From contig JAZNEB010000003.1 of assembly GCA_045588365.1 (NCBI GenBank), positions 17,004-81,003 on the forward strand: 64,000 nucleotides of DNA, given 5' to 3'. Numbering within the stretch: the first letter of the stretch is position 1; each line of letters begins with the position of its first letter. Shown here piece after piece: positions 45,926 through 56,027 of this stretch. Position numbers and translations under genes: made by a program. Under the pieces are notes generated by a model that saw only the letters and a program-made list of their open reading frames with translations, had not been told where the DNA came from and did no database searches. The stretch is from Clostridia bacterium (GTDB lineage: Bacteria; Bacillota; Clostridia; CAKSNL01; HGM11501).

Positions 45926-47296
45926 ATGGATCAATTACTTAACATTATTGTAAAGCTTAACGGCTGGCTTACGGACTATCTTCTGATAATCCTTTTGGTA
46001 GGCGTAGGTATCTGGTACACAGTGAAAACACGCTTCGTTCAGGTTCGTTGCTTTGGCGAAGGAATGAAGAAGGTTTTCGGCAACATAAACCTCTTTGGCG
46101 GAAAGCAGAAGTCGGGCTTAAGCTCATTCCAGGCTCTTGCAACAGCCATTGCAGCACAGGTTGGTACCGGTAATATCGTTGGTGCTTCAGGTGCTATTTT
46201 ATTAGGTGGCCCCGGTGCTATTTTCTGGATGTGGGTTATCGCATTTTTCGGTATGGCAACAATCTATGCCGAGGCTGTATTGGCTCAGGAAACAAGGGAA
46301 GTTGACGAAAATGGCGAAATTCACGGCGGTCCCGTATACTACATAAGACGTGCATTTACCGGCGGATTCGGAAAATTCCTTTCTGCATTCTTTGCTATTG
46401 CCTGCATACTGGCGCTGGGCTTTATGGGCTCAATGGTACAGTCTAACTCCATTGCAGAAAACTTTGATTCCGCATTCGGAATTGCTCCCTGGATTACAGG
46501 TCTTATTCTTGCAGCAATCTGCGTAATCATTTTCATCGGCGGTATTCAGAGAATTGCATCCGTAGCAGAAAAGATCGTTCCCATTATGGCAACATTATTC
46601 TTGCTTGGAGGACTTGTAGTTCTCATAACAAACATCAAGGATGTTCCCGGAACCTTCGGTATGATATTTAAGTATGCATTTACCCCTCAGGCTATCATCG
46701 GCGGTACCTTCGGTGCGGCTCTTAAAGCAGCTATCAGCCAGGGTGCCAAGAGAGGTCTTTTCTCAAACGAAGCAGGTATGGGTTCTACTCCCCACGCTCA
46801 CGCAACAGCTAATGTAGAAAAGCCCCATGACCAGGGTGTGGTTGCTATGATAGGTGTGTTTATTGACACATTCGTGGTTTTGACAGTGACAGCTTTGGTT
46901 GTAATCACAGTTCTTTATGCAAACGGAAGCACCGCTTGGCAGGAGGTTTCCAAGACCAATGCGATGCAGGTGGCAATGACAGAAGGATTCCCCTCATTCT
47001 TAAGCAGTGTAGGCAGCGGATTTGTTGCAGTTTGCCTCTTCTTCTTTGCATTTACAACAATTTTAAGCTGGAACTTCTTCGGTAAAATCAACAGCCAGTA
47101 TCTTACAAAGAACAGCAAGGTTGGAACCTTAATCTATTCTATAATTGCTGTATGCTTCATATTCTTAGGCTCACTTCTTAAAAACGACCTTGTTTGGGAG
47201 CTTACAGACTTCTTTAACTACTTAATGGTACTTCCCAACGTAATTGCACTCTTTGCACTTACAAAGCTTGTAGTTAAAAATTCTAAAAATAAATAA
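45926..47296 (+). CDS. Alanine/glycine:cation symporter (AGCS family)
   Basis: AQVGTGNIVG, GGPGAIFWMW, GGPVYY, RGLFSNEAGMGS. Confidence 0.95.
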   Translation: MDQLLNIIVKLNGWLTDYLLIILLVGVGIWYTVKTRFVQVRCFGEGMKKVFGNINLFGGKQKSGLSSFQALATAIAAQVGTGNIVGASGAILLGGPGAIFWMWVIAFFGMATIYAEAVLAQETREVDENGEIHGGPVYYIRRAFTGGFGKFLSAFFAIACILALGFMGSMVQSNSIAENFDSAFGIAPWITGLILAAICVIIFIGGIQRIASVAEKIVPIMATLFLLGGLVVLITNIKDVPGTFGMIFKYAFTPQAIIGGTFGAALKAAISQGAKRGLFSNEAGMGSTPHAHATANVEKPHDQGVVAMIGVFIDTFVVLTVTALVVITVLYANGSTAWQEVSKTNAMQVAMTEGFPSFLSSVGSGFVAVCLFFFAFTTILSWNFFGKINSQYLTKNSKVGTLIYSIIAVCFIFLGSLLKNDLVWELTDFFNYLMVLPNVIALFALTKLVVKNSKNK

Positions 47297-47402
47297 AAAT
47301 TAAAAGGCGGCAAAAGCCGCCTTTTTTGTTACTGAAAATAATTGACTTTGGCTGAATTATATAGTAAAATATGGGTAAGAATAATTATAAGGAGTGAAGG
47401 TA

Positions 47403-47915
47403 ATGTTAGATAAAAAGGTATCGGAATTAATCAATCAGCAGATAAATAAAGAATTATATTCAGCTTATTTGTATCTGGATTTTTCCATTTTCTATGAAGA
47501 AGCAGGTCTTTCCGGCTTTGCTAACTGGTATATGATTCAGGCGCAGGAGGAAAGAGACCACGCTATGATTATGCTTAAGTATCTTCAGAATAACGGCGAA
47601 AAGGTAACTCTGGAGGAAGTGGCAAAGCCTGATAAGGTTATGAAAGAGCTTATTGATCCTCTTAAGTTCGGTTATGAGCACGAACAGTATGTAACAAGTC
47701 TTATAAACGACATTTATGCAGCAGCATATAATGTAAAGGACTTCAGGTCCATGCAGTTTCTGGATTGGTTTGTTAAAGAGCAGTGCGAGGAAGAAAAGAA
47801 TGCAGACGATATGATTAAAAAGTTCCAGCTTTTCGGCAACGATTCCAAGGGACTTTATTCTCTGGATTCTGAGTATGCAGCAAGAATCTACACAGCACCC
47901 TCTTTAGTATTATAA
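47403..47915 (+). CDS. ftnA: Ferritin
   Basis: [34 protein letters not shown]. Confidence 0.93.
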   Translation: MLDKKVSELINQQINKELYSAYLYLDFSIFYEEAGLSGFANWYMIQAQEERDHAMIMLKYLQNNGEKVTLEEVAKPDKVMKELIDPLKFGYEHEQYVTSLINDIYAAAYNVKDFRSMQFLDWFVKEQCEEEKNADDMIKKFQLFGNDSKGLYSLDSEYAARIYTAPSLVL

Positions 47916-47932
47916 GAAAGGAAGATGTAATT

Positions 47933-48088
47933 ATGAAAAAATATGTTTGCCCCTGTGGATACGTTTACGACCCTGAAACAGGAGATCCCGATTCCGGTAT
48001 TGCAGCCGGTACAGCATGGGAAGATGTTCCCGAAGACTGGGTTTGCCCCGTTTGCGGACTTGGTAAGGACGCATTTTCCGAAGAATAA
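47933..48088 (+). CDS. Rubredoxin (51 aa, not in ORF track)
   Basis: [51 protein letters not shown]. Confidence 0.93.
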   Translation: MKKYVCPCGYVYDPETGDPDSGIAAGTAWEDVPEDWVCPVCGLGKDAFSEE

Positions 48089-48123
48089 CAAAATAAAAAA
48101 TCGGTGAATTTTCACCGATTTTT

Positions 48124-48747
48124 TTATTTTATTATACTGTGGAAGGCATCAACCCAGAGCCTTGCAAGGATCTCGTGTCCTGCTTCTGTGGGATGAACTC
48201 CCTCTCTGGTCCAGAAAGGCTCGGGACAAAGGGAAACAGCCTTATCAAACGCATCCTGAGTAGGAACAAATTTAAGATTATATTTTTCGGCAATTCTTTT
48301 GGCTGCAGCAGCTCTTTTTCGAACCTCCGGGTAAAAATAGTCCCAGTTATTTTCGGTTGAGGCTGCTTTAACCAAGAAAGGCTCGATAATCATAATTTTG
48401 ATATTGGGAAGAGCGGTTAAAACCTCATCTATGAGCATATCATAAATTACCTCATATTTTTCGGCACTGACACCGTTTTTGCTGCCGATTTCGTGCCACA
48501 CGTCGTTTACGCCGATTAAAATGCTCATTACGTCAGGCTCTAAATTTATAATGTCGGATTTAACTCTGGCGTATAGGTCGATGATTCTGTTTCCGCTGAT
48601 ACCACGGTTCTGAAACTGAAACTTTCCGGGATGGTCATAGTTTAGTCTGCCTGTTACCATCGTGGCATAGCCATGACCCTTCCAGATGTCGTTTTCCTTG
48701 CTTCTTGCACAGTCGGTTATGGAGTCGCCCTGAAAAAGAATCTTCAT
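48124..48747 (-). CDS. SGNH/GDSL hydrolase
   Basis: FQGDSITD, NRGISG, GVND, EGVHP. Confidence 0.93.
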   Translation of the reverse strand: MKILFQGDSITDCARSKENDIWKGHGYATMVTGRLNYDHPGKFQFQNRGISGNRIIDLYARVKSDIINLEPDVMSILIGVNDVWHEIGSKNGVSAEKYEVIYDMLIDEVLTALPNIKIMIIEPFLVKAASTENNWDYFYPEVRKRAAAAKRIAEKYNLKFVPTQDAFDKAVSLCPEPFWTREGVHPTEAGHEILARLWVDAFHSIIK

Positions 48748-48812
48748 TAAAAATCACCTCGGGGAAATTTTAGCATAAAGGCTTATATTTGTCAATAAAA
48801 TCGAAAAAAAAC

Positions 48813-48841
48813 TTGACAAAAACCTGATTATATCTTATAAT
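48813..48841 (+). promoter_or_regulatory. Sigma-A promoter of tRNA-Thr
   Basis: TTGACA-17bp-TATAAT. Confidence 0.8.
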
Positions 48842-48863
48842 ATAATTCGTCAGTTTAATATTT

Positions 48864-48939
<76 letters not shown>

Positions 48940-49028
48940 GAAAAAGACTTGCCAACAAGCAAGTCTTTTTTATCTATATAAGGAACGGAAAAAGGACACC
49001 CATCGGGTGTCCTTTTATTTTTCTTTAA

Positions 49029-50285
49029 TCAGCCTTCAAAGCCTTCAACGTACTTTCTGTTGAATTCAAGAGCCTTAGCCTTTAAGCTTTCTGTGTTTTC
49101 TGCAATGTGTGTTGCAACGTCCTTGTTATGAAGAACCATATCGTTTCTGAATGCTACACCGATTGCATGAACGCCTGTATAGAACAGTCTGGGAAGATAA
49201 TAAGCTTCTGCGTGGTTTTTCTTAAAGAGCTCATAGTCTTCGGGAACCATGTTTTCCTTATATCTTGCATCAGCCTGTACGCTCTTTTCGTTTGTCATAT
49301 AGCAAGCAAGCATAAATGCACAGGGAAGCTTTTCTTCAGGAATTCCCAAGGGGAAGAGGAAGTGAGAGTCAGTAAGATATACACCGATTTCACCATCCAT
49401 GTTGGGGAAGTGGATGTATCTTACTACGTCAGAAGTCTCTTCGGAAAGATTGTTCTTCATAAGGTCGGGCATAACTTCGTCTCTCATAATAAGCTGTCTG
49501 GTGGAAACAAGTTTGCCGTTGTTGGGGCCGCCAAAGGCTTCATATCTCTTGTCGGACATAAGTGTTCCCCAGAAATTAAGCCATTCGTAGTTTTCGGGGC
49601 TGTCATATGTAACGGTAACTTCGCCTGTTTTTGTATCCATGGTGGACATATACATTCCGCCAACGTGAGGTCTTGCCCATGTAGTAGCAGACATTGCACC
49701 CAGTGCCTTTGCAGCTGCGTTAAGCTCAAGGTAGGAATCCAGATTCCAGTTGTCTTCAAGATAATACTCATAGGGAGTCTTTAAACCAAGCTCCTTCATC
49801 CATGTTTCGTTGTAGGAAAGGTAGAATGTTTCCTGCATGGGAAGTGAGCTTACGCCGTAGTATTCGCCCATCCACTTAGCGCCTTCAACAGTAACTTCGT
49901 CAATCATGTCATTGTTCTCATAGTCTATATACTCTGTAATGGGAGTGTATAAACCTTCTGTGAAAGTTAAGGGGAATACGGAGATACCGAAGCAGTACTG
50001 AATTTCCCAGGGGTCTCCTGCAACGATGCTTGCAACAAGGTCATCACCAGTTCCGTCGCCGCCGCCAATCATAAAGGAAACCTTAGTGCCATATTCTTCT
50101 GTAAACTTTTCTGCACCCTCTGCGAACTCATAGTTTAAGGGGTCATCGTTGAAAAGTCTGTAGCCTGCAACACGGATTTCCATGTCGCCCCAGTCTTCTG
50201 TGTTGAATGTTACGCCTTTGGAGCAACCAACCAAAGCTGCAACAAGACCTAAGCATACAACAAGTGCCAATAATCTTTTTGTCAT
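49029..50285 (-). CDS. Orphan ABC transporter substrate-binding lipoprotein (carbohydrate-type)
   Basis: Lipobox LVGC; W.G.YYG...YNETWMKELGLKTPYEYY...W pattern; no adjacent permeases. Confidence 0.75.
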   Translation of the reverse strand: MTKRLLALVVCLGLVAALVGCSKGVTFNTEDWGDMEIRVAGYRLFNDDPLNYEFAEGAEKFTEEYGTKVSFMIGGGDGTGDDLVASIVAGDPWEIQYCFGISVFPLTFTEGLYTPITEYIDYENNDMIDEVTVEGAKWMGEYYGVSSLPMQETFYLSYNETWMKELGLKTPYEYYLEDNWNLDSYLELNAAAKALGAMSATTWARPHVGGMYMSTMDTKTGEVTVTYDSPENYEWLNFWGTLMSDKRYEAFGGPNNGKLVSTRQLIMRDEVMPDLMKNNLSEETSDVVRYIHFPNMDGEIGVYLTDSHFLFPLGIPEEKLPCAFMLACYMTNEKSVQADARYKENMVPEDYELFKKNHAEAYYLPRLFYTGVHAIGVAFRNDMVLHNKDVATHIAENTESLKAKALEFNRKYVEGFEG

Positions 50286-50380
50286 ATAAAACCCTCCAAA
50301 AATTTTTTTGTGCCAATGAAGCACATTTTCCAGTGTATTATATCATATTTTTTCAAAAAGTAAAGAAAAAGTTTGAAAAT

Positions 50381-52246
50381 TTATTGATTTTTGTGCAAAT
50401 ATTGATATACACTTTCCCCTGCGGTTTTTCCTGCAACCTTTATAAGCTCTTCTCTGGATGCCTCTTTCATTTTATTTACCGATTTAAATGTTTTTATAAG
50501 CTTTTCGTACCTTGCTTTTCCTACACCGTTTAAGGACAAAAGGGGGCTTTTAACCATGGATTTTTGGGACAGGCGCCTGTGATAGCCGATGGCAAGGCGG
50601 TGAACCGAATCCTGAATGGCACTTATAAGCCTGAAGGAAGCACTTTGAGGGTTTATCGCTATTTCTCCTTTTTCTGAAACAAGACCTCTCGTTCTGTGCT
50701 TTTCATCCTTTACCATACCGAAAACGGGAATGGAAAGACCTATTTCTGAAAGGACCCTTTTTGCCAGATTGGTCTGCCCCAATCCTCCGTCCATTAAGAT
50801 GAGGTCGGGAAGAAGAGCGAACTTAACCGCATCTTCCTCCATTTCCCCTTTTTCTATTTTTTCATATTCCTTTAAGGCGTGTGCAAAGCGTCGGGTAAGA
50901 ACTTCGTAAAGGGAGGCGTAGTCATCTCCGCCCACACCGCTTTTGATTTTGAAAAGACGGCTGTCCTTTTTGGAATATTTACCGTCCTGGAAAACTGCCA
51001 TAGCACCTACGGCATCTGTTCCTGCACTGTGAGAAATGTCATAGGCTTCGATTCTTAAGGGGGGATTTTCCATGCCTAAAAGCTTTCCTAAATCTCCTGC
51101 GGCGCCTTTTCTTAAAGACATTTTCTGCCGCTGTTCAAAAATATCATTGAGGCTTTTTTTAGCATTTTGCTTTGCCATCGCTGCAAGCTCGTGAAACTTA
51201 CCTCTGACCGCTTTTCTGACAGTTACCCTGCTTCCTTTAACAGAGGAAAGGTGTTCCTCTAACATAGCTGTCTCTTCGGCATCGTCAGAAAGAACAATTA
51301 GCTTCGGAATTTCCACGTTTTCCTTGTTGTAATACTGGGAAAGAAACTCCTCCATGAGAATTTTGTCATCTATGCCGCTGGCTCCCTCAAAGGAAAAAAT
51401 CTCTCTGCCCGTCATTTTCCCGTCTCTTATATAAAGCACACAGAAAGCCACATCATTGTCTCTGGCGGCAAAGGCAAAAACGTCTGCTTCGGCATTTTTC
51501 AAAATGGTTACACTTTGCTTTTCTGACACATGCTTTATGGAATTTATCTTATCCCTTAAGGAAGCGGCCCTTTCAAAGTGAAGTTTATCTGCCGCTTCGT
51601 TCATTTCTTCGGTCAGGCGAAAGATAAGACTTTTGTGCTTGCCCTTTATAAATAAAGCCGCCTCGCGGATGGTCTTTTCGTATTCCTCACGGCTTATTTT
51701 ACCCGTACAGAGTCCCATGCATCGTCCCATGGAAAAATAAAGGCAAGGCCTTTCCTTTCCGAAATCCTTCGGGAAATTTTTGTGGCACTGTGGGAGAGCA
51801 AAAATTCTTTTGGTAACATCTATAAGCTCCCGACAGAAAAATGCACTTGTATAAGGCCCGAAATATTCCGCCCCGTCATTTTGGACTTTTCTGGTGAACT
51901 CTATTTCAGGGTAGGGAGCTTTTGTAATTTTAATGAAAGGATAGGTTTTATCGTCTTTTAATAATATGTTATAGAAAGGTCTGTGTTCTTTGATAAGGTT
52001 GCATTCTAAAACAAAAGCTTCTCTTTCCGTGGCGGTTATAATAAATTCGAAATCGGAGATGTTCATAACCATTGCCGAAACCTTCGGGGAGTGATTTGCA
52101 CTTTCGTGAAAATACTGTCTCACACGATTTTTTAATACTTTGGCTTTTCCTACATAAATAATTTTCCCGTCCTTATTTTTCATAAGATAAACCCCTGGCT
52201 TTTCGGGCAGAAGATTGAGCTTTTCCTTTAAATTCACAGAAACCAC
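50381..52246 (-). CDS. uvrC: Excinuclease ABC subunit C
   Basis: PGVYLM..IIYVGKAK.LKNRV GIY-YIG; RIEAYDISH; DGGLGQ; HhH. Confidence 0.97.
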   Translation of the reverse strand: MVSVNLKEKLNLLPEKPGVYLMKNKDGKIIYVGKAKVLKNRVRQYFHESANHSPKVSAMVMNISDFEFIITATEREAFVLECNLIKEHRPFYNILLKDDKTYPFIKITKAPYPEIEFTRKVQNDGAEYFGPYTSAFFCRELIDVTKRIFALPQCHKNFPKDFGKERPCLYFSMGRCMGLCTGKISREEYEKTIREAALFIKGKHKSLIFRLTEEMNEAADKLHFERAASLRDKINSIKHVSEKQSVTILKNAEADVFAFAARDNDVAFCVLYIRDGKMTGREIFSFEGASGIDDKILMEEFLSQYYNKENVEIPKLIVLSDDAEETAMLEEHLSSVKGSRVTVRKAVRGKFHELAAMAKQNAKKSLNDIFEQRQKMSLRKGAAGDLGKLLGMENPPLRIEAYDISHSAGTDAVGAMAVFQDGKYSKKDSRLFKIKSGVGGDDYASLYEVLTRRFAHALKEYEKIEKGEMEEDAVKFALLPDLILMDGGLGQTNLAKRVLSEIGLSIPVFGMVKDEKHRTRGLVSEKGEIAINPQSASFRLISAIQDSVHRLAIGYHRRLSQKSMVKSPLLSLNGVGKARYEKLIKTFKSVNKMKEASREELIKVAGKTAGESVYQYLHKNQ

Positions 52247-52300
52247 CTCTCTTTATCAAAAAAGGACGACCACCAGGTCGCCCTTTCATATATTACTCAA

Positions 52301-52561
52301 TTACTCAAAATTTGATTCGATGAGTGCAACCAGTGCATCAACGGCAGCAACTTCGTTTTCGCCAACTGCGGAAATCTTTATGGAAGAACCTCTTGTAATA
52401 CCCAGGGAAAGAACTCCCAATAAGCTCTTGGCATTAACTTCTCTCTCATCCTTTATAACCTTGATTTCTTCTTTGAAATCATTTGCTTTCTGAATAAAAT
52501 ATGTTGCCGGTCTTGCATGGAGGCCAACCTGATTTTTAATCACAACTTCTTTAGAATACAT
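52301..52561 (-). CDS. ptsH: HPr phosphocarrier protein
   Basis: GLHARPA (His15), NAKSLLGV (Ser46). Confidence 0.93.
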   Translation of the reverse strand: MYSKEVVIKNQVGLHARPATYFIQKANDFKEEIKVIKDEREVNAKSLLGVLSLGITRGSSIKISAVGENEVAAVDALVALIESNFE

Positions 52562-52699
52562 AAAAAAACCTCTCTTATGAGCAGAATAGTAGATTATATA
52601 AGACTATTATACAACTTTTAAAAGTTTCTTTCAACTGTCGTTTTTCATAACATAAAACGCTTTTGGGGATGAAAACTTATACAAAATACCCAATAAAGC

Positions 52700-53191
52700 T
52701 TATATTCCAAGCTTTTTTATTACATTTTTTTCAAGCTTTCTCTTGAAGTGAACAAATGCTCCTTCGCCCCCGATTTTAATGGGGCTCACATATATTGTAT
52801 GAAGGCCCAAAAGATTGGCTCCCAAAATATCGCTGTAAAACTGGTCGCCAATGGCGGCAACCTCTTTCTTTTTTAATCCGGTTTTTTTAAGCATCCTTCT
52901 GTATGCAAAGGTTAAAGGCTTTGCTGAACGGTGGGAGGATAAAAATCCGTCCTCATTAAATCGGGAAACTCTGTCCTTGTTATTATTGGAAATAAGGCAG
53001 ATAATAATACCGGATTTTTTTAAAGAATCGAAAAATCTTTTAGCTCTCTCATCGGGCTTTTCTGTATGGGGATCAACAAGGGTGTTATCTATATCGAGAA
53101 AAACCCCTTTTATTCCTTTTTCCTTGAAAAATTCTCCCGAAAGGTCATCTATTGAACTGAAAATTTCATCGGGTATAAGGTACTTATTCAT
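52700..53191 (-). CDS. yqeG: YqeG family HAD IIIA phosphatase
   Basis: LDIDNTL, ISNN, KP, IGDQFYSDILG. Confidence 0.9.
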   Translation of the reverse strand: MNKYLIPDEIFSSIDDLSGEFFKEKGIKGVFLDIDNTLVDPHTEKPDERAKRFFDSLKKSGIIICLISNNNKDRVSRFNEDGFLSSHRSAKPLTFAYRRMLKKTGLKKKEVAAIGDQFYSDILGANLLGLHTIYVSPIKIGGEGAFVHFKRKLEKNVIKKLGI

Positions 53192-53311
53192 AAAAATCCT
53201 CCTGAAAAAATGGGCAAAATCACAAAAAAAGCTATTTTGTCGTTTGTTTCATTGACTTTTGACAAATGTGGTCTTATAATGAAAGTATAATACGATTATG
53301 AAGGTGAAACC

Positions 53312-53656
53312 ATGTTATTTTCGCAAAAACTCAAAAAAATAATGGCGGAGAAAAAGCTTACGACCTATTCCATACAGAAAGCCACGGGCATTTCTCAGGG
53401 AAATGTTGACTCCTGGCTCAAAGGCCGTTCCAAGCCCAGGAATGTAAACTTAAACAAGCTCTGCACATTTTTAGAGGTTCCTGTGGAATATTTTACCAAG
53501 GATCCTCCGAAGGAGACAAATCAGACTTTGCATAAAAGAATAACCAAGCGTCAGGCATCCAATTTGAGACAGAGCATCTGCAACATGGTAAATGACAAGG
53601 TGGCCCCCGGTGATCTTGTGCTGCTTGAAAGAATTGTAAAAAGCTTTATCGAATAG
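53312..53656 (+). CDS. XRE family HTH protein
   Basis: TGISQGNVDSWLKGRSKP...LCTFLEVPVEYF. Confidence 0.85.
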   Translation: MLFSQKLKKIMAEKKLTTYSIQKATGISQGNVDSWLKGRSKPRNVNLNKLCTFLEVPVEYFTKDPPKETNQTLHKRITKRQASNLRQSICNMVNDKVAPGDLVLLERIVKSFIE

Positions 53657-53700
53657 TATTATAGCACAAAAGGATAAAACTTTCAAGTGAAAAAGGATGA

Positions 53701-54327
53701 GTGATTTTGTTCGGGAGAGATTGGGACATTTTATTGGGAGCTGATATCAGAGCTTTACCTCTGCCTATAAGTGCCACGCTGGATTATCTTAATATAAAGC
53801 ACATAAAGTACAGTCTTTATGACCAGCTTCTTGATGAGGAGACATTTTCAAGATATTCTGGAAATGATGCATTTACCTATAAAAGAGAAAAAGATTTTGT
53901 CATATTTTATAACGATAAATTAAGTCAGAGCAACTTAAGAATAGCTCTGCTTCATGAAGTGGGGCATATCGTAATGGGACACACGGAATTTCCCAACGAC
54001 AGCTTCGACGGAAAATTTACCACCTTTAACGTTCTTTCAGAAAAGGAATGGGATGTGGTGGAGGACTCGGCATATAATTTTGCATTGAAGCTTTTATCTC
54101 CCGCATCGGTTTTGTGGGCACTTAAAATAAAAACTGCCCACGAAATTGAAGAGCTTTGCGATATTCCGAAAAAATTCGCCAAAAAGAGAAATGAGCGGAT
54201 GAAGGAGCTTTATCAGAGGGAAAAGGTGTTTTTGGCAACCAAAGGGAAAACCTGCTTTTTGCAAAGCCCCAGGGAAAGAGCGGTTTATGAAAACTTCAGG
54301 GAATTTATAGAGGAACATAAAAAGTAA
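53701..54327 (+). CDS. ImmA/IrrE family metallopeptidase
   Basis: IFYND...RIALLHEVGHIVMGH (HExxH); AYNFALKLLSP. Confidence 0.85.
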   Translation: MILFGRDWDILLGADIRALPLPISATLDYLNIKHIKYSLYDQLLDEETFSRYSGNDAFTYKREKDFVIFYNDKLSQSNLRIALLHEVGHIVMGHTEFPNDSFDGKFTTFNVLSEKEWDVVEDSAYNFALKLLSPASVLWALKIKTAHEIEELCDIPKKFAKKRNERMKELYQREKVFLATKGKTCFLQSPRERAVYENFREFIEEHKK

Positions 54328-54348
54328 GGGAAGTATCCCTTACTTTTC

Positions 54349-54505
54349 TTGACTTTATTTGATTTTCGTGGTATTATATTTATGCGGTAGGGCTCGTTTT
54401 TTCGGACCTTATTGCCCCAACTATTTACTGACCTTGGAGCATAAGCTTAGGGGAAAGGCTTTAAAAGATAAGTCTTTCCTTATGCCGAGGCATAAGGAAT
54501 TTTTA
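54349..54505 (+). promoter_or_regulatory. Promoter (TTGACT-17-TATTAT) and leader with terminator and competing hairpin upstream of hydG
   Basis: TTCCTTATGC-CGAG-GCATAAGGAA-TTTTT terminator; overlapping GGGAAAGGCTT / AAGTCTTTCCT stem. Confidence 0.6.
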
Positions 54506-54522
54506 TTTGAAAGGGTGTTTTT

Positions 54523-55974
54523 ATGAATTTTTTGGAAAAATATAAAGAGGATTTCAGGCCCTACGACGAAATGGAGAAGGACTTTATTGATGACAATCTG
54601 ATATGGGAAAAATTAAACGCTCATGAAAATCCGTCTAAAGAGGAAGTCAGAAGGGTCCTTAAAAAGGCTGACAAATGTGTAAGGTTAGAGCCTGATGAAA
54701 TGGCAATTTTAATCCAGAACAAGGATCCTGAAACCATAGGTGAAATGTTTGCTCTGGCAAACAAGCTTAAAAACGAGGTTTACGGGGACAGAATAGTGTT
54801 CTTCGCACCCTTATATTTAAGTGATGAGTGTGCCAATAACTGTACTTACTGCGGATTTCGTTCCTCAAATAGCTCCATGCATAGGAAAACCCTTACCATG
54901 GATGAGATTGAAGAAGAAGTTAAAATCATGATTGACGAAGGTCAGAAGCGTACCATTTTGGTATATGGCGAATCGCCTCATACCGAGGTTTCATACATGG
55001 TGGACAGCATAAAAAAGGTTTATGCCACGAAAACGAAAAACGGAGAAATCCGCCGTGCCAATATAAATGCAGCGCCCTTAAGGGTGGAGGAGCTTAAAAA
55101 GCTCAAGGAAGCGGGGATAGGAACATTCCAGGTTTTCCAGGAAACCTATCATCATGAAACTTATAAAAAGGTGCATCCCGAGGGAACAATAAAAGGGCAT
55201 TACCGCTGGAGACTTTACGCAATGGACAGAGCTCAGGAGGCGGGGGTTGACGATTGCGGACTTGGTGTTCTTTTCGGTCTTTACGACTGGCGTTTTGAGC
55301 TTATGGGTCTTATGTATCACACTATTCATTTAGAGGAAACCTTCGGGGGAGTAGGGCCTCACACCATTTCCTTCCCGAGAATAACTCCCGCAAAGGATAC
55401 GCCCTATGCGGAAAATCCCGAATATCAGGTGTCTGACGAAGACTTCAAAAAGCTGGTTGCCATTTTAAGACTTTCCATTCCTTATACGGGACTTATATGT
55501 ACAGCCAGGGAAAATGACGAGGTGAGAAGCGAGGTATTAAATTACGGCGTTTCCCAGATAGATGCGGGCACGAGAATTGGCGTAGGGGCATATTCCAAGT
55601 CCAAGAAAGCCAATTCCATGGCGGAAAAAGAACAGTTTACAATAAATGATTCAAGAAGTCTTGATGACGTGGTATATGAAATGTGCGAAAGAGGGTCAAT
55701 TCCTTCTTTCTGTACCGCCTGCTACAGAGCAGGAAGAACAGGCGAGCAATTTATGAAGGTGGCAAAGAGTAAGTTCGTGCACAATTTCTGTATTCCCAAT
55801 GCAATTTTGACGTTTACTGAATATCTTATAGATTATGCCTCACCAAGGACCAGAGAAATAGGGGAAAAGGTCATAGCTGAGCATATGAAACTCTTTTCGG
55901 GAACTCCCATGGAAAAGAAAATAGAAGATATGGTAAACAGAATCAAAAACGGCGAAAGAGATTTGAGATTGTAA
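54523..55974 (+). CDS. hydG: [FeFe]-hydrogenase H-cluster radical SAM maturase HydG
   Basis: CANNCTYCGF (CX3CX2C); FQETYH; C-terminal CTAC-x22-C distinguishes it from ThiH. Confidence 0.92.
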   Translation: MNFLEKYKEDFRPYDEMEKDFIDDNLIWEKLNAHENPSKEEVRRVLKKADKCVRLEPDEMAILIQNKDPETIGEMFALANKLKNEVYGDRIVFFAPLYLSDECANNCTYCGFRSSNSSMHRKTLTMDEIEEEVKIMIDEGQKRTILVYGESPHTEVSYMVDSIKKVYATKTKNGEIRRANINAAPLRVEELKKLKEAGIGTFQVFQETYHHETYKKVHPEGTIKGHYRWRLYAMDRAQEAGVDDCGLGVLFGLYDWRFELMGLMYHTIHLEETFGGVGPHTISFPRITPAKDTPYAENPEYQVSDEDFKKLVAILRLSIPYTGLICTARENDEVRSEVLNYGVSQIDAGTRIGVGAYSKSKKANSMAEKEQFTINDSRSLDDVVYEMCERGSIPSFCTACYRAGRTGEQFMKVAKSKFVHNFCIPNAILTFTEYLIDYASPRTREIGEKVIAEHMKLFSGTPMEKKIEDMVNRIKNGERDLRL

Positions 55975-56027
55975 CAAAAAAGCGGTTGAGTTTTGTGGTG
56001 GCCACAAAACTCAACCGCCTTTTATTA

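Noticed and set aside
54523-55974. ThiH with a TPP riboswitch
   Set aside because: The C-terminal CX2CX22C motif indicates HydG, and the leader lacks the TPP CTGAGA core.
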